NCBI GenBank assembly: GCA_963827235.1
Contig: CAWHAE010000016.1
Location: 288,001 to 352,000 of the forward strand
Source of the DNA: an uncultured bacterium
GTDB taxonomy: Bacteria; Chloroflexota; UBA5177; JANWHV01
Direction of reading: 5' to 3'
Length of the DNA: 64,000 nt
Notes under the pieces: generated by a model
Database searches by the model: none
What the model was told of the DNA's origin: nothing
Seen by the model: the letters and a program-made list of their open reading frames with translations, nothing else
Made by a program: the position numbers and the translations under genes
Shown here: piece after piece, positions 21,245 through 32,062 of the stretch
Layout: each line of letters starts with the position of its first letter
Numbering within the stretch: the first letter of the stretch is position 1

Positions 21245-22036
21245 ATGCGACGCGTGTCAGGCAGCTTCTTGGCGGCAGCGGCAGTCCTGTACCTTTTCGG
21301 TGTCCCGGTTGGTGCGCATGCGCAACGCACGTCGTACCAGATATCCGCCTCGTACATGACGACCGAGGAGGCCTTCAACGCCTACAACGCCAAGAGCACG
21401 GAGCCGCCGCCACAGGTCCAGGCCTACCCGGTGGGCGTCGCCAACGTGGGATTCTACTTTCACTACAGCGGCATGAAAGCCAACAAGGATACGTTCCGGG
21501 TCGGCTTCACTGCCAAAAACGCGGAAGTGCGCCATGGCTCCCTACATACCTTCGACGGCGAAGCTGGCGAAGAGACGCTGGCGATCCCTGCCGCGACCAT
21601 GCAGCGACTGGGTAGCTACAAAGCAACTCTGTATATCGACAACGTGGCGGCGAAGTCGGCCGGCTTCAAAGTGATCGTCACACCGAAGGTATCAAAGGCT
21701 TACATGATCACTGAGCAACAGTGGCAAGCGTTCGGACCGACGAGCAAGAACGATCCACCCGCGGCGGCGAGCTTTGCGGCGGGCGTGAGCCGCGTGGGCG
21801 TGTTCTACTCGTACACCGGAATGGCCAAGACAGACGTACATTACGTGGGAGTCTACAACAACGCCAACGGCAGCCAGTTACACCGCAGCGACGACAACAC
21901 GCCGCAATACGTGCCGAGCGGCGCCCTGGCCATTCTCTTGCCCGCCGATGCCGGTCGCTATCCGAAAGGGGCATACCGGACAGACCTGTACATCGATCAC
22001 GCAATGGTGAAAAGCATCACGTGGGCGGTGAAGTGA
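21245..22036 (+). CDS. Secreted hypothetical protein with two tandem beta-rich repeats
   Basis: Signal peptide ending AHA. Internal duplication YM.TE...VG....Y.GM...G.Y...LYID. Confidence 0.75.
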   Translation: MRRVSGSFLAAAAVLYLFGVPVGAHAQRTSYQISASYMTTEEAFNAYNAKSTEPPPQVQAYPVGVANVGFYFHYSGMKANKDTFRVGFTAKNAEVRHGSLHTFDGEAGEETLAIPAATMQRLGSYKATLYIDNVAAKSAGFKVIVTPKVSKAYMITEQQWQAFGPTSKNDPPAAASFAAGVSRVGVFYSYTGMAKTDVHYVGVYNNANGSQLHRSDDNTPQYVPSGALAILLPADAGRYPKGAYRTDLYIDHAMVKSITWAVK

Positions 22037-22085
22037 GGAGAATGGCGGCGCCCAGCCGTAGAGTCTCTCACCTGAAGCCCCCGGA

Positions 22086-23054
22086 TCATTCCAGATCCAG
22101 TTCCCATGTTTCCTCGACGAGATCGTGGCCAAAGCTGTGGTGCGGAGAGCTGGCAACAAGCCGGAAGCCTGCCTTGCGGTAGATGGTGCGTGCTTCAACG
22201 AGCAGGCTCTGCGTCCAGAGTGTGACACGCCTGTAGCCGCGCTTGCGAGCAAAGCGCATGCACTCCTGCACCAAGCGCGTGCCCAGGCCAAGGCCGCGAG
22301 CTCTCGGCTCGACCAGCAGGAGCCGCAGCTTCGCCGTGGAATCGTCGACTCGGACGAGGAAGACTGATCCAACCACGCTTCCGCCCATCTCGGCGATCCA
22401 GCACGCTTCGCGTTGCGCATCGAAGTTCTTCACGAAGTCAGACACGATCTGTGCCACCATGGCCTCGAATTGCCGGTCCCAGCCGTACTCCTGTGCGTAG
22501 AGAGCTCCATGTCGGTGCACGACCCAGCCCATATCGCCCGGCTCCGGGGTCCGCAGGAAAAATGGCTCGGCGAACTTGAATCCGGCCCCCTTGTCCAGCA
22601 CGTCCTCGATTGTGTGCATGGCGGCCAGCAGTCGCTGCTGATCGACTTCACTCAGCTCTGCAAGGAGCTCGTCCACCTCCTGGCGTGAGCGACGGTCTAG
22701 CAGCTCGTACGCCTCGCGACCGCGATCGGTCAAGCTCAGAAGACGCTGCCGACCGTCGTCGCCGGAGCGCGCCCGCGCCAGGACCCCCTGCTCTTCCAGC
22801 CTGCCCAGGAGGCGGCTGAGGTAGCCCGAGTCAAGGCCCAGCGTGCGACCGAGTTTGGTCAGCGTAAGATTCTCCCGCTGCGCGAGCTCGAAGATCGCAC
22901 GCGCCTCCGTCAGTGAGTAAGCGCTGTGCAACAGCGACTCGCGAAGCACGCCCAGGCGGCGAGTGAACATGCGGTTGAACCGCCTGATCGCCGCGATGCG
23001 ATCTTCAGTTCCATTCCTCGATTCCACGCGCGCTTCCTCTCTTGCCATTGGCAT
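22086..23054 (-). CDS. Bifunctional MarR-HTH / GNAT acetyltransferase
   Basis: IRRFNR...LDSGYLSRLL (HTH), then PGDMGWVVHRHG...AKLRLLLVEPRARGLGLG. Confidence 0.92.
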   Translation of the reverse strand: MPMAREEARVESRNGTEDRIAAIRRFNRMFTRRLGVLRESLLHSAYSLTEARAIFELAQRENLTLTKLGRTLGLDSGYLSRLLGRLEEQGVLARARSGDDGRQRLLSLTDRGREAYELLDRRSRQEVDELLAELSEVDQQRLLAAMHTIEDVLDKGAGFKFAEPFFLRTPEPGDMGWVVHRHGALYAQEYGWDRQFEAMVAQIVSDFVKNFDAQREACWIAEMGGSVVGSVFLVRVDDSTAKLRLLLVEPRARGLGLGTRLVQECMRFARKRGYRRVTLWTQSLLVEARTIYRKAGFRLVASSPHHSFGHDLVEETWELDLE

Positions 23055-23369
23055 ATAAATCCCTGCCTCAGGCAACTATATCACTTTCCGGGTTTGGTGG
23101 CGGCTCAATGATCGCCTACACATTCACTGTCACCTGATCAGATCATGAACTGGTCAGCCGCGGCGCATGGCGGATCAAACTGCTTACCCGGTCCGCATGT
23201 ACGTGACCTGCAATGGAAGCAACGCCGCTATATGCTCGACGCCGACCTATGCCACCCTATGGGATCCTATCCATAGGATACGAGCCGGAGGGGTGCCTTC
23301 GGGACCGCACCGTCGAATAGAGCCGGATGATCTGGCGCTAACGGGCGTACTCGTCGCCCTGCGCTCCGT

Positions 23370-25567
23370 CTATCGCCTGCGGGCCGGGCGACGGGGCAAC
23401 CACCAGTTCCATTGCCCGAGCACACGGATGGTCGCAGGCACCAGCAAGCAGCGGATCAGCGTGGCGTCGAGCAAGATAGCGATCGCCAGGCCCAGCCCAA
23501 TCGCCTTGATCAGCACGACGTCGGCGAAGGCGAAGCTGCCCGCTACCACGACCAGAATCAAGCCGGCACTGGTTATAATCCTTCCCGTACATTCCAGACC
23601 GCGCGCCACGCTCAGGGCGTTGTCGCCCGTGAGCAGGTACTCCTCGTGTACGCGGCTGAGCAGGAAGACCTCGTAGTCCATCGACAGCCCAAACAAGATG
23701 CAAAACAGGACGATCGGCGTGACGTCGTCGATGTGCCCGGCCGGGGTGAAATCGAACACGCCGCTCAGATGGCCCTGCTGGAATATCCAGACTACCGCAC
23801 CATAGGCTCCCACCAGGCTTAGCGTGTTCATGAACACCGCCTTCAGCGGCAGGATCGCCGAGCGGAGAAAAATAAGCAGCACAACGTAGGTGACTCCCAC
23901 CACAAAGAGAATGCATAGGGGAAACTCGTTGTACGCGCCGGCCAGGTAGTCCATTGTGCTGGCCTGGGCGCCGCCGACGTAATGCACGAGGCCGCCGCCG
24001 ATCTGTCGCCCTCGAATCCGGCGCACCAGGTCGTCGAGGCTGTTCGTGGACTGACCGGGAGCAGGCTGGAAGGCAACCACGGTGGTCCCATGTCCGGTGA
24101 AAGCCTCGATCAGCGGCCCAAGCCGTGGATCCAGCAGATAGCGCCGCACATCCTGGTACTGGGCGCGCGTGGCAAACGGCACCGTGGTCACGAGACTCAG
24201 CGTCCTGCTTGCGTCCACGCCGGGATCGCGGTCCACGGCCTGGACCCAGTCGTAGAGTACGCCTACGAGTGCCGGCGAGAGCAGGTCACGCTGCGCGTGC
24301 ACGACGGCGACGATCGGGCGGTTCTGATCCTGGAGAAACTGCCGGTTCAACGTGTCGAAACCGGCACGCGACTGCGCCGAGCGCGGCAGTATCGTGGCGT
24401 CGGGCACGTCCAGGTGGAGGGTCGCGAACGGTGAGGCGATGGCACCGATCGCGATCAGTACGGAGACGATGACCGGCCACGGGTGGCGTGTCACCCACTC
24501 TGCCAGACCGAACCAGAAGGGGCTCTCACCGCTCCGCCTCCACGGCACGACGGGCAGCGCTTCCAGACGGGTGTCCAGCACGCCGAGCAGGGCAGGCAGC
24601 AAGGTGAGCGCAGCCACCACGGAGACGAGGACGACCAGACTTCCCCCAGTCCAATCGACCGCAGAGCAACAGCCTTGTAGAGGAACAGTCCCGACAAGCC
24701 GATCATGACCGTGACGCCGGAAAACATGATGGCGCGGCCGGCCGTGCCGAGAGCGATCGCGATGGCCTCTTCAACCGATCTGCGGCGACGCTCCTCCCTG
24801 TAGCGGCTGACGATGAACAGCGTATAGTCGATGCTGACCCCGAGCCCGATGATGGTGGTCACGTTGAGGCAGAAGACCGACAGTTCGGCGAAGCTGCCGA
24901 TGGCGAATACCAACGCCATCGTCGGTACGATGGAGCACAGTCCGAGGGCGAGAGGCACTCCGGATGCGGCCAGCGTGCCGAATACCAGGACGATCAGCAC
25001 GAACGCCAGCGGCAAGGCGTAAACCTCGACCTTCTGCAAGTCGTGTCGAGACATGGTCTGCAGATCGCTGGCCACCGCGGCATCGCCTGCCACGATGACC
25101 TGCAGGCTCGCGCTGCGCACCGCCCCACGCACTCTGGTGACCAGCTCGTCGACGTTTTTCACGTGGGCGCCGTACTCGAGGATGGCCAGCGCGGAGTGGC
25201 CGTCGACCGACACGAATCGCTGTCCGAGCTGATGCAAGGTGTGGCGAGTCTGAGTATCGATTCGCACGACGCCCGGCAACACCGCGGCCGGGGCAAGCGC
25301 CGCATCCATCGCTCGGCGAAACGGCGCGTCCGTAGCCCGCAGTTTCGAGCTCGAGAAGATGATCGAGAGACTGGGATTGAACGCCAGGTCGGCCGTAAGC
25401 AGATTATTCGCTCGCTCGGACTCGCTCACTCCGTTGCTGAAGCCGCCACCTTTGAGTACGCTGTCAACCCGCAACGCGAACGGCGTGCTGGTAAGCAGCA
25501 CGGTCACCCATATGACCAGCACGATCGACCGCCTGCGGTACATGGCACGCCCAAGGCGGTAGAACAA
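23370..25567 (-). pseudogene. MMPL/RND transporter, split by a -1 frameshift in the homopolymer at 24643-24647
   Basis: GLGVSIDYTLFIVSRYREE and FGLSMDYEVFLLSRVHEE lie in different frames. Adding one G gives LRSIGLGGSLVVLVSVVAALTLLPA. Confidence 0.85.
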
Positions 25568-25953
25568 CTAACGGACCCTCCTTATCGGGACACTATCGCC
25601 GTCTCCAGATCACCGGCGGACCGGCGAGCCGCACCGGTACGAGGCACGCCCGAACAGGAGGCTGGGTACGGTATTCGCAAGCGGCGCAAGCCGAACGCCG
25701 CTCGACCGGCTGGCCGGGGCAGTCCGGCGGCGGGCTCGGCGGTGACGACGATCGCCTGGTCAATCTCAAGGAACGGCATCACCTGCACCGGCCGTGCTCA
25801 TTGAACTCGCCTGCGCGCAACTGCGAGAGTGAATCGAATTATACCAAGTGACCATCCGGCATCGGGCCTCGATCCGGTTGTGCCCGTCGATCGCGTCCAT
25901 CGAGCGCACCCGACTGTGGAAAGCGGGCGCGATCTGCGCTAGAGTGATCGTGC

Positions 25954-27585
25954 ATGGGTCGCCAACTCGGACTCGCTGTTGTCGACGTATCGATTGGACG
26001 CTGTGTGGTCCCTATCGCCGACCTGCCGTCTGCGCCCTTGGAATTGACTCGCCCGCGCGACATCCTGTTCCTGACCATGGCCCTGGCCGCGTTCGGCTTC
26101 ATAGGCGCACTGGATCAGAACGTGATAGTCACCACGCTGCCGCGCATGCTGGGCGATACGGGTGCGCCGTTTCTGGTGTTCTCTCTGCATGGAACGGCAT
26201 CGCTGCAGCTCGATCGAGCGGGATGGCTGGTGACCGGCTACCTGCTGGGCTACGTGGCGGTCCTACCCCTGATGGGCGCGGTGAGTGACGTGCGCGGCAG
26301 GCGCCAGGTCATGCTGGCAGCCCTGGCGATCTTCCTGGCAGGCAGCGTTGTGGCGGCACAATCAGGCGAGCTGCCCCTGCTGGTCGCAGCCCGCACAATA
26401 CAGGCGATCGGCGCCGGTGCCTTCCTGCCCGTCGCTCTCGCCGCAGCCTCCGATCAGGTCGGGGCGTCCAGGCTGGGTTTGGTGCTCGGCATGATTGCCG
26501 CCGCCGCCGAGCTGGGCGGCGTGTTCGGGCCGTTGTACGGAGCGTTCGTCACCGAGCACAGCGACCTTGGATGGAGAGCGATCTTCTGGCTCAACCTGCC
26601 TATCGTGGCATTGCTGCTGCCTCTGGCGTTGCGCCTGCCGGCCGGGCGGCGGCAGAGCGCGGTAGACTATGGAGGCGCTCTGCTGCTGGGTGGGGCGTGG
26701 GCAGCCCTAGTTATAGGTTGCAGCTCCAGCGGCGCCTTCGCTTCTGACGTCGGTGGCGGCACAAGTAATCGCTGGTACCTGGCCGGGAGCGCCGGCCTGC
26801 TGCTTCTGCTGTGGCGCCTGGAGCGCCAAGTCCCAGTACCGTTGCTGCCTGTAGTTGCGCTGCGCAATCGGACCTTTATCGGCGCTTGCCTGACCAACTT
26901 GTTAGTCGGAGCGGCGCTCGGCGTGGCAATTGTCAGCGTGCCGATCTACGCCACGACGGTCCTGGATATATCTCCGGTTCAGGGCGGGCTGCTCCTCCTT
27001 CGCTATCTCCTGTTGCTGGCCGTGGGTGCCGCGGCAGGCGGGTGGTTGTGCGACCGGCTGGGGCCGCGTCCGGTGGCCGTCACCGGCCTGCTGATTGCCA
27101 CGGGCGGCTATTGGCTGATGCGCGACTGGTTGGTGGCTCCGCCCTATACGCCGTCCCTGCTGCCGCCCGCGGTGGCAGGCTTCGGTGTTGGCCTGGTGGC
27201 GGCTCCGGCAACCAGCAGTGCCCTGGCCGTCACGGGCCGCGATGCCGGAGGTGTCCTGGCGAGCATGATCACGGCTGCGAGAATGATCGGCACGATGGCC
27301 GGGCTGTCGGCACTGACCAGCTGGAGCGGATGGCGCTTCCAGCAGCTTGCCGCCCATGTTCCGGTGCCGCTCGTAGCGGCTCATGCCGGGCTGGCAGCGT
27401 TCAAGCGCGCCATGGACGCCTATGGCGTGACCCTGCAGGAAAAGGAGCTGATCGTGCTGCGCGACAACTTTGCTCTTGCCGCGGCATGCACTGCACTGGC
27501 GGTGCTGCCAGCGCTTCTCCTGCAACTGGGGCGCCGGCTCGCCAACCCGGCGACCGCGAGGGCATCACCGGGGCAGGGCCCCTGA
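25954..27585 (+). CDS. DHA2-type MFS transporter (start uncertain)
   Basis: ALDQNVIVTTLP, GAVSDVRGRR, WRAIFWLNLP. Confidence 0.85.
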   Translation: MGRQLGLAVVDVSIGRCVVPIADLPSAPLELTRPRDILFLTMALAAFGFIGALDQNVIVTTLPRMLGDTGAPFLVFSLHGTASLQLDRAGWLVTGYLLGYVAVLPLMGAVSDVRGRRQVMLAALAIFLAGSVVAAQSGELPLLVAARTIQAIGAGAFLPVALAAASDQVGASRLGLVLGMIAAAAELGGVFGPLYGAFVTEHSDLGWRAIFWLNLPIVALLLPLALRLPAGRRQSAVDYGGALLLGGAWAALVIGCSSSGAFASDVGGGTSNRWYLAGSAGLLLLLWRLERQVPVPLLPVVALRNRTFIGACLTNLLVGAALGVAIVSVPIYATTVLDISPVQGGLLLLRYLLLLAVGAAAGGWLCDRLGPRPVAVTGLLIATGGYWLMRDWLVAPPYTPSLLPPAVAGFGVGLVAAPATSSALAVTGRDAGGVLASMITAARMIGTMAGLSALTSWSGWRFQQLAAHVPVPLVAAHAGLAAFKRAMDAYGVTLQEKELIVLRDNFALAAACTALAVLPALLLQLGRRLANPATARASPGQGP

Positions 27586-27645
27586 CGGTGCACTCTGCCT
27601 CGGATGCAGTACAACCCGCGACAAAGAGTCCAACCGGCAAGCGCG

Positions 27646-27682
27646 CAAAGTGCCAGGCAAGGAACGCATGCCTGGCACTTTG
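27646..27682. terminator. 14-bp inverted repeat between convergent genes; probable bidirectional terminator
   Basis: CAAAGTGCCAGGCA-N9-TGCCTGGCACTTTG. Confidence 0.65.
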
Positions 27683-27728
27683 ACAGGAGCACGCAATGCC
27701 GTCCGTCCGGCAGCCCGTGCCCGCAGCC

Positions 27729-28160
27729 CTACGAGCTGGCCGCCGGAGCTTTCTTTGGCGCCGGCGTGATAGCGCCGGGGTATTCCGTGCCGGCCGAGCC
27801 TTCAGGATAGGGGGCCCAATTGGGTGAGAATACGCGTGTCGGCTTGCCGGCGCGCACCGCTTCGCGAATCGTATACATGGTTCTGGGCGAACCGCCTGAG
27901 CGAAACACGACGACGCGATCCGCGCGGTCTATCATCTCACAGCTACGCGAGTAGTACGCGCGAGTTCCGCTCGTCCAATCCGGGGGCGTGCGTTCTACTG
28001 TGAGACCGCGCCGCTCGGCGGCTCGTCCCGCGATTTGATCGACGCCGCGGGCATCGCACCCGATCACAATGGTGTCTTCCGGCAATTTGGCCACGAAATC
28101 CTCAACATCTTCCATGCTCGGGTATTCGCGGCTGCCGCAAATCAAGACCCGCTCGGCCAT
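27729..28160 (-). CDS. SLOG-superfamily (YspA/DUF2493-like) protein
   Basis: VLICGSR, DARGVD, SPRTMYTI. Confidence 0.7.
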   Translation of the reverse strand: MAERVLICGSREYPSMEDVEDFVAKLPEDTIVIGCDARGVDQIAGRAAERRGLTVERTPPDWTSGTRAYYSRSCEMIDRADRVVVFRSGGSPRTMYTIREAVRAGKPTRVFSPNWAPYPEGSAGTEYPGAITPAPKKAPAASS

Positions 28161-28337
28161 GCTGTTTAGCTCCCCTACCGTTCCGATTATCTGTTGACTG
28201 TCAACCAATCCCGCGGCCTCGCTGCACCGGAACCGCCGGGCCCCTGCCATATGAGCCCGCATACCTGCCGCTCACGCTGGCGAACCGCCTAGCTCGGTTC
28301 CCTGACATCGGAATGATACCAAGTCCGAGAGGGCCCA

Positions 28338-28973
28338 CTAAAGTCGAGACCCGCGCGATCTAGCACGCCGGCGAAGTGCCGAAGGCGGCGCCGCGCCGGC
28401 AACCGCCGCAGCTGGCGGTTCCAAGTCGATGGACTGATGCTTGGCGAAGACGCGCTCCTCAAATTCCTCGAGCAACTTCTCGCAGCGCTCTATCCAGGAT
28501 GCCGTATCCTCGCGCTTTGAGGCACCGTACCAGTCGCGCTCGACCACGCGATCGAACCACCGGCGGATCTTGTCCAGATCCTGGCGGATCTCCTCCGCCT
28601 CGGCATACGTGTAGTTCTGCCGGAAGTTCTCGAACTCAATCTCCTTGCTGAAATTCACCTCGCAGTTCTCTATGATCTCGTCGTACTGCTGATTGCTCTG
28701 GGCGAGGAAGCCCTCGACAATCTTAGCCTCCTCCTCGGCCGGTAGCGCCCTCAGCGGCAGCAGATGATAGCTGCCCCCCAACGAAGCGACCCGCTGGGTC
28801 ACGCTCTGCAGCGGCGCCTTCAGCCCAGGCAGAGTTGGGAATATACAGACGCTTTGCTGAAGGTAAAGAGCTCCCATTCGCTTGAGCTCGCGCCACACTC
28901 CCACCCGCGCGGCTGAAGGCTGGCTTGGCACCTGGTAGATGAAGAGCTGATATTGACGATGCGTCTGCGCCAA
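28338..28973 (-). CDS. ChrB N-terminal-domain protein (putative metal-responsive regulator)
   Basis: YQVPSQPSAARVGVWRELKRMGALYLQQSVC matches ChrB_N. TTG start inferred. Confidence 0.8.
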   Translation of the reverse strand: MAQTHRQYQLFIYQVPSQPSAARVGVWRELKRMGALYLQQSVCIFPTLPGLKAPLQSVTQRVASLGGSYHLLPLRALPAEEEAKIVEGFLAQSNQQYDEIIENCEVNFSKEIEFENFRQNYTYAEAEEIRQDLDKIRRWFDRVVERDWYGASKREDTASWIERCEKLLEEFEERVFAKHQSIDLEPPAAAVAGAAPPSALRRRARSRGSRL

Positions 28974-29240
28974 AGCCGTCTCCGGCTGCAAAAAATCTCG
29001 CCGCGCGCCCACTGCAGCACATCGGCCGCCGCGACGGGGCAATCGCCACCCGTTAGCCACGGTGCAAACACGATCCCCGACGGTGCATAAGCACGAATGG
29101 AGTATAGCAACAACACAGTCCGCTACTGATCGACCCACGTAGCGCCGAAAGCACCTGAGATCCGATGCTGTTGGCAAACGGTGCACGACACGCTAGCGCG
29201 CTCATTGCTACTGCAGTGGATCATTGCCAGCTCATCCTAA

Positions 29241-29264
29241 CAGTGTACATGTATATTGACACTG
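29241..29264. promoter_or_regulatory. Candidate operator upstream of the ChrB-like gene
   Basis: CAGTGT-N12-ACACTG inverted repeat. CAGTGTACATGT matches 33797-33808 (reverse strand) at 11/12. Confidence 0.35.
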
Positions 29265-30077
29265 CACCGAACACGACCCAATACATTACCAGACAACCAT
29301 TGCCCCGGCTCGCACTGTGCGTCCCAAGGGCAAGCGGCAGCTCATTCCCTACGCCTGCCTAGAGTCTGGCCAGGGCGGGCCCTCAGGGCCCGACTGAATA
29401 TCGCGCTGGGCAGGCCGTGAGGTTCCCCACGATGATCGGATCGCTCGATCATTGATCACTCGCACGACCACTGCTTGCTCGTCGTGGCCCGCCCGCGCGC
29501 TCAAGAGGACGGCAGCGGCCTACTCCACCATGAAGAACAGCGCCTGCAGCACCAGCAGAGTCTGTCAGCAGAAGGCGCCGGGACCCAGCGACGATTAACG
29601 CCAAATTGCCGGGCGTCATCATCAGACTTTCGGGGGAATGCATGGACCCCAGCAGTCTAGCGACTCCGCAATCATTGACGAACAGTGTGACGCCTCGCGA
29701 CTTCGGGTGCGCGCCGCCAAATACGTCGAATCCCGAGCCCCTGAGGTGAACGCTGCTTCGGCCCTCCACGACTCTCGAACGCGGGCCACCCATGCCTGGC
29801 TGCCTCCTTTGTGACGCGTTGCCGAGCGATTGACGATGTAAGCTTGCCTGCAAGGAGGTGCCTTGCCAACGGCCGCGGCACTGCATACCCAAGCGCGGAA
29901 CGGCCGAGTCCGATGTCAATGATCAGTAGCACGCTCAATGACCGAGGTCGCGCAGTGCCGATTCCAAGCAATGTGATTAGCCGCTGATGGTGCTAGAGCG
30001 CCGGGCAGCCGAAGACGTCCAGGAGGTCCGCTTTCGTGACCGGCTCCGACGTCAGAACTACAATCCGGCCGCCGTGC

Positions 30078-31442
30078 TCAGTCGGCTCCCAATCGACGCT
30101 CGCCTTCATGGACTCGCCACAACATGACAGTACCGATGAGCGTGACCGCCGTCGCGGCGGCGAGGGCGAGGGAATAATGGCGATGGTCGAGCACTGCAAT
30201 CGCAACGAACGGAAACACCGTGCCGCGAACACCTATAAGTATGGAATGTAGGCCCATGTAGAGTGGGACGTCCCCCGGCGTGCGGCGCGCGTAGTGAATG
30301 ACCGCTGCCACCGGGCCGATCTCGAAACCAGCGCTTGCCACGCCCAGCCCAAACACGGCTGGCGCGAGCCAGAATGTGGCCGGGGCGAACAGCATGCTCA
30401 ACGGGTAGAATGACTCGCACAGGCCGACCACGAGCATGGTGAAGATCGGACCGCGCCGATCGATGATTCGCCCCCACACGAACCACGACGACAGATAGCC
30501 GACGGAAGTGACCACGGCAAGGACGCCGAATGGCCCGTATCCGGCGTGCAGCTTGTCCACGATGACGAGCGGGTACAGCGTCGCGGCCATGATGGCGCCC
30601 GAAGCCATGAGCGATACCCATAGCTCATAGCGCGCGAACGCGCGATCGCGCACCAGGATCCCGATCGTGCTGCGCATAGACTGCCGTGGGCGAGGCGGCG
30701 GATAGACCGGCGTCATCTTGAAAAAGGCGATAAGTGAAAGGAGGGACAGGACACCGCCCACGCCAAAGACAGCCTGGTAGCCCACGTATCTCGAGCCAAG
30801 CAGCCACGCGGTAAGCAGCGACGAGAGGGTCATCACGATGCCGCCGCCCACGCGCACCAGGCTCATCAGCTGTCCGCGATACTCACGCGGATACACGTGC
30901 TGCATCACCTCGGCGTAGAACGGCCCCGTCATGCTGCCAATCACGAAGAACATGGAGATCGCGACCATGTAGGGCGTGGGGCCGCTCAAAAACACGATTG
31001 GCAGCAGAGCGCCGCGCCCCACGACGAAGGCAGACATGAGGAACGGCCGGCTAGCCCGGCCGGTGAACAGCAGCGATGCCGGCATCGAGAGCACGCAGCC
31101 AATCGCGCCCATGGAGGCGAGCACGCTGATGCCAAACTGGCTCACACCTATGGTGCGGGCTACGACGTAGATGTAGCCCACGACCGAACCATTGAACACG
31201 CCGTAGAGGAGTGCCCCGACGAGGTCGAGCCGGAAGTCGCGCCTGACCCGGGCGCTGACCGGGAGGTTCAGTGAGAAGAACCCGCGAAGGGCACGCGCCC
31301 CGTAGGCGATGCGAAACGCCGCTCCTGCTCCGATCTCGCTCCCCGCCGGGGACGGACCTGCTACGGCTGCAGTACGCGGCCCACTCGCTGGGCGGCTGCC
31401 GGCATCGACGCCGCAGTTCTCCTCATGGGTTCGACTCACCAC
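30078..31442 (-). CDS. MFS transporter
   Basis: About 12 TM segments, YPREYRGQLMS, WGRIIDRRG. Confidence 0.8.
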   Translation of the reverse strand: MVSRTHEENCGVDAGSRPASGPRTAAVAGPSPAGSEIGAGAAFRIAYGARALRGFFSLNLPVSARVRRDFRLDLVGALLYGVFNGSVVGYIYVVARTIGVSQFGISVLASMGAIGCVLSMPASLLFTGRASRPFLMSAFVVGRGALLPIVFLSGPTPYMVAISMFFVIGSMTGPFYAEVMQHVYPREYRGQLMSLVRVGGGIVMTLSSLLTAWLLGSRYVGYQAVFGVGGVLSLLSLIAFFKMTPVYPPPRPRQSMRSTIGILVRDRAFARYELWVSLMASGAIMAATLYPLVIVDKLHAGYGPFGVLAVVTSVGYLSSWFVWGRIIDRRGPIFTMLVVGLCESFYPLSMLFAPATFWLAPAVFGLGVASAGFEIGPVAAVIHYARRTPGDVPLYMGLHSILIGVRGTVFPFVAIAVLDHRHYSLALAAATAVTLIGTVMLWRVHEGERRLGAD

Positions 31443-31702
31443 TTAACGATAGCACGTTGAATAGGTCGCTGGGCCTGGCAGCGCAGACTGCCGTCAACGC
31501 CCTGTTCCCGGGACTCAGTGCTGTCTCGCCACCGGTTGGGCCACTGGGAGTTGCCAACAACATGGTGATATGGGCTCCTCGAGCACCGATCCGAGATCGG
31601 GCTGCAGCGTTTGAGAACGATTCGCACAGATGTATACACGTTAACTCTGCGCGTATAGTATGGACTGCATGACCGATCAGTTGGTGGAAGGGAATCACGG
31701 CC

Positions 31703-32062
31703 ATGGGAACCAGGAAGCTTGTCGCTCGGATTGAACCACGCCTAGCACGGCTGCTGGCCTCTCGGCCGGCGACTCCCATCATCCTGACCGGCACGCTGGC
31801 GCTCGCCGGCCTTGGGGCCGGCATTCTCACACCGGCCGCGGCGCAGCACAGCCAGGTGCAGGTGGTCCAGATCCCGGCTCTGCAGCTAAGCTCCTGGCAC
31901 ACGTTCTGCGGCCCGGATCCGGACGGTGACGGCCACGTGGTGTGCCACATTCTGGCGAGCCAAGTCGCTGCGGTGCCCAACCTGGGCTGCTCAGGCCCCG
32001 ATCCTGATCACGACGGCACCTACATCTGCTACTACGCGAGCGAGCCGCCGATCGCACGCTGA
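31703..32062 (+). CDS. Small exported protein with two Cys-flanked DPDxDG loops
   Basis: Basic and hydrophobic N-terminus ending AAA. Motifs CGPDPDGDGHVVC and CSGPDPDHDGTYIC. Confidence 0.7.
   Translation: MGTRKLVARIEPRLARLLASRPATPIILTGTLALAGLGAGILTPAAAQHSQVQVVQIPALQLSSWHTFCGPDPDGDGHVVCHILASQVAAVPNLGCSGPDPDHDGTYICYYASEPPIAR

Noticed and set aside
27729-28160. SLOG protein as part of a defence or nucleotide-signalling system
   Set aside because: It stands alone, with no effector or nucleotide-synthesising partner nearby
29400-30070. Possible decayed membrane-protein fragment on the minus strand (…LLVLQALFFMVE*AAAVLL…)
   Set aside because: Too short and interrupted to assign to a family
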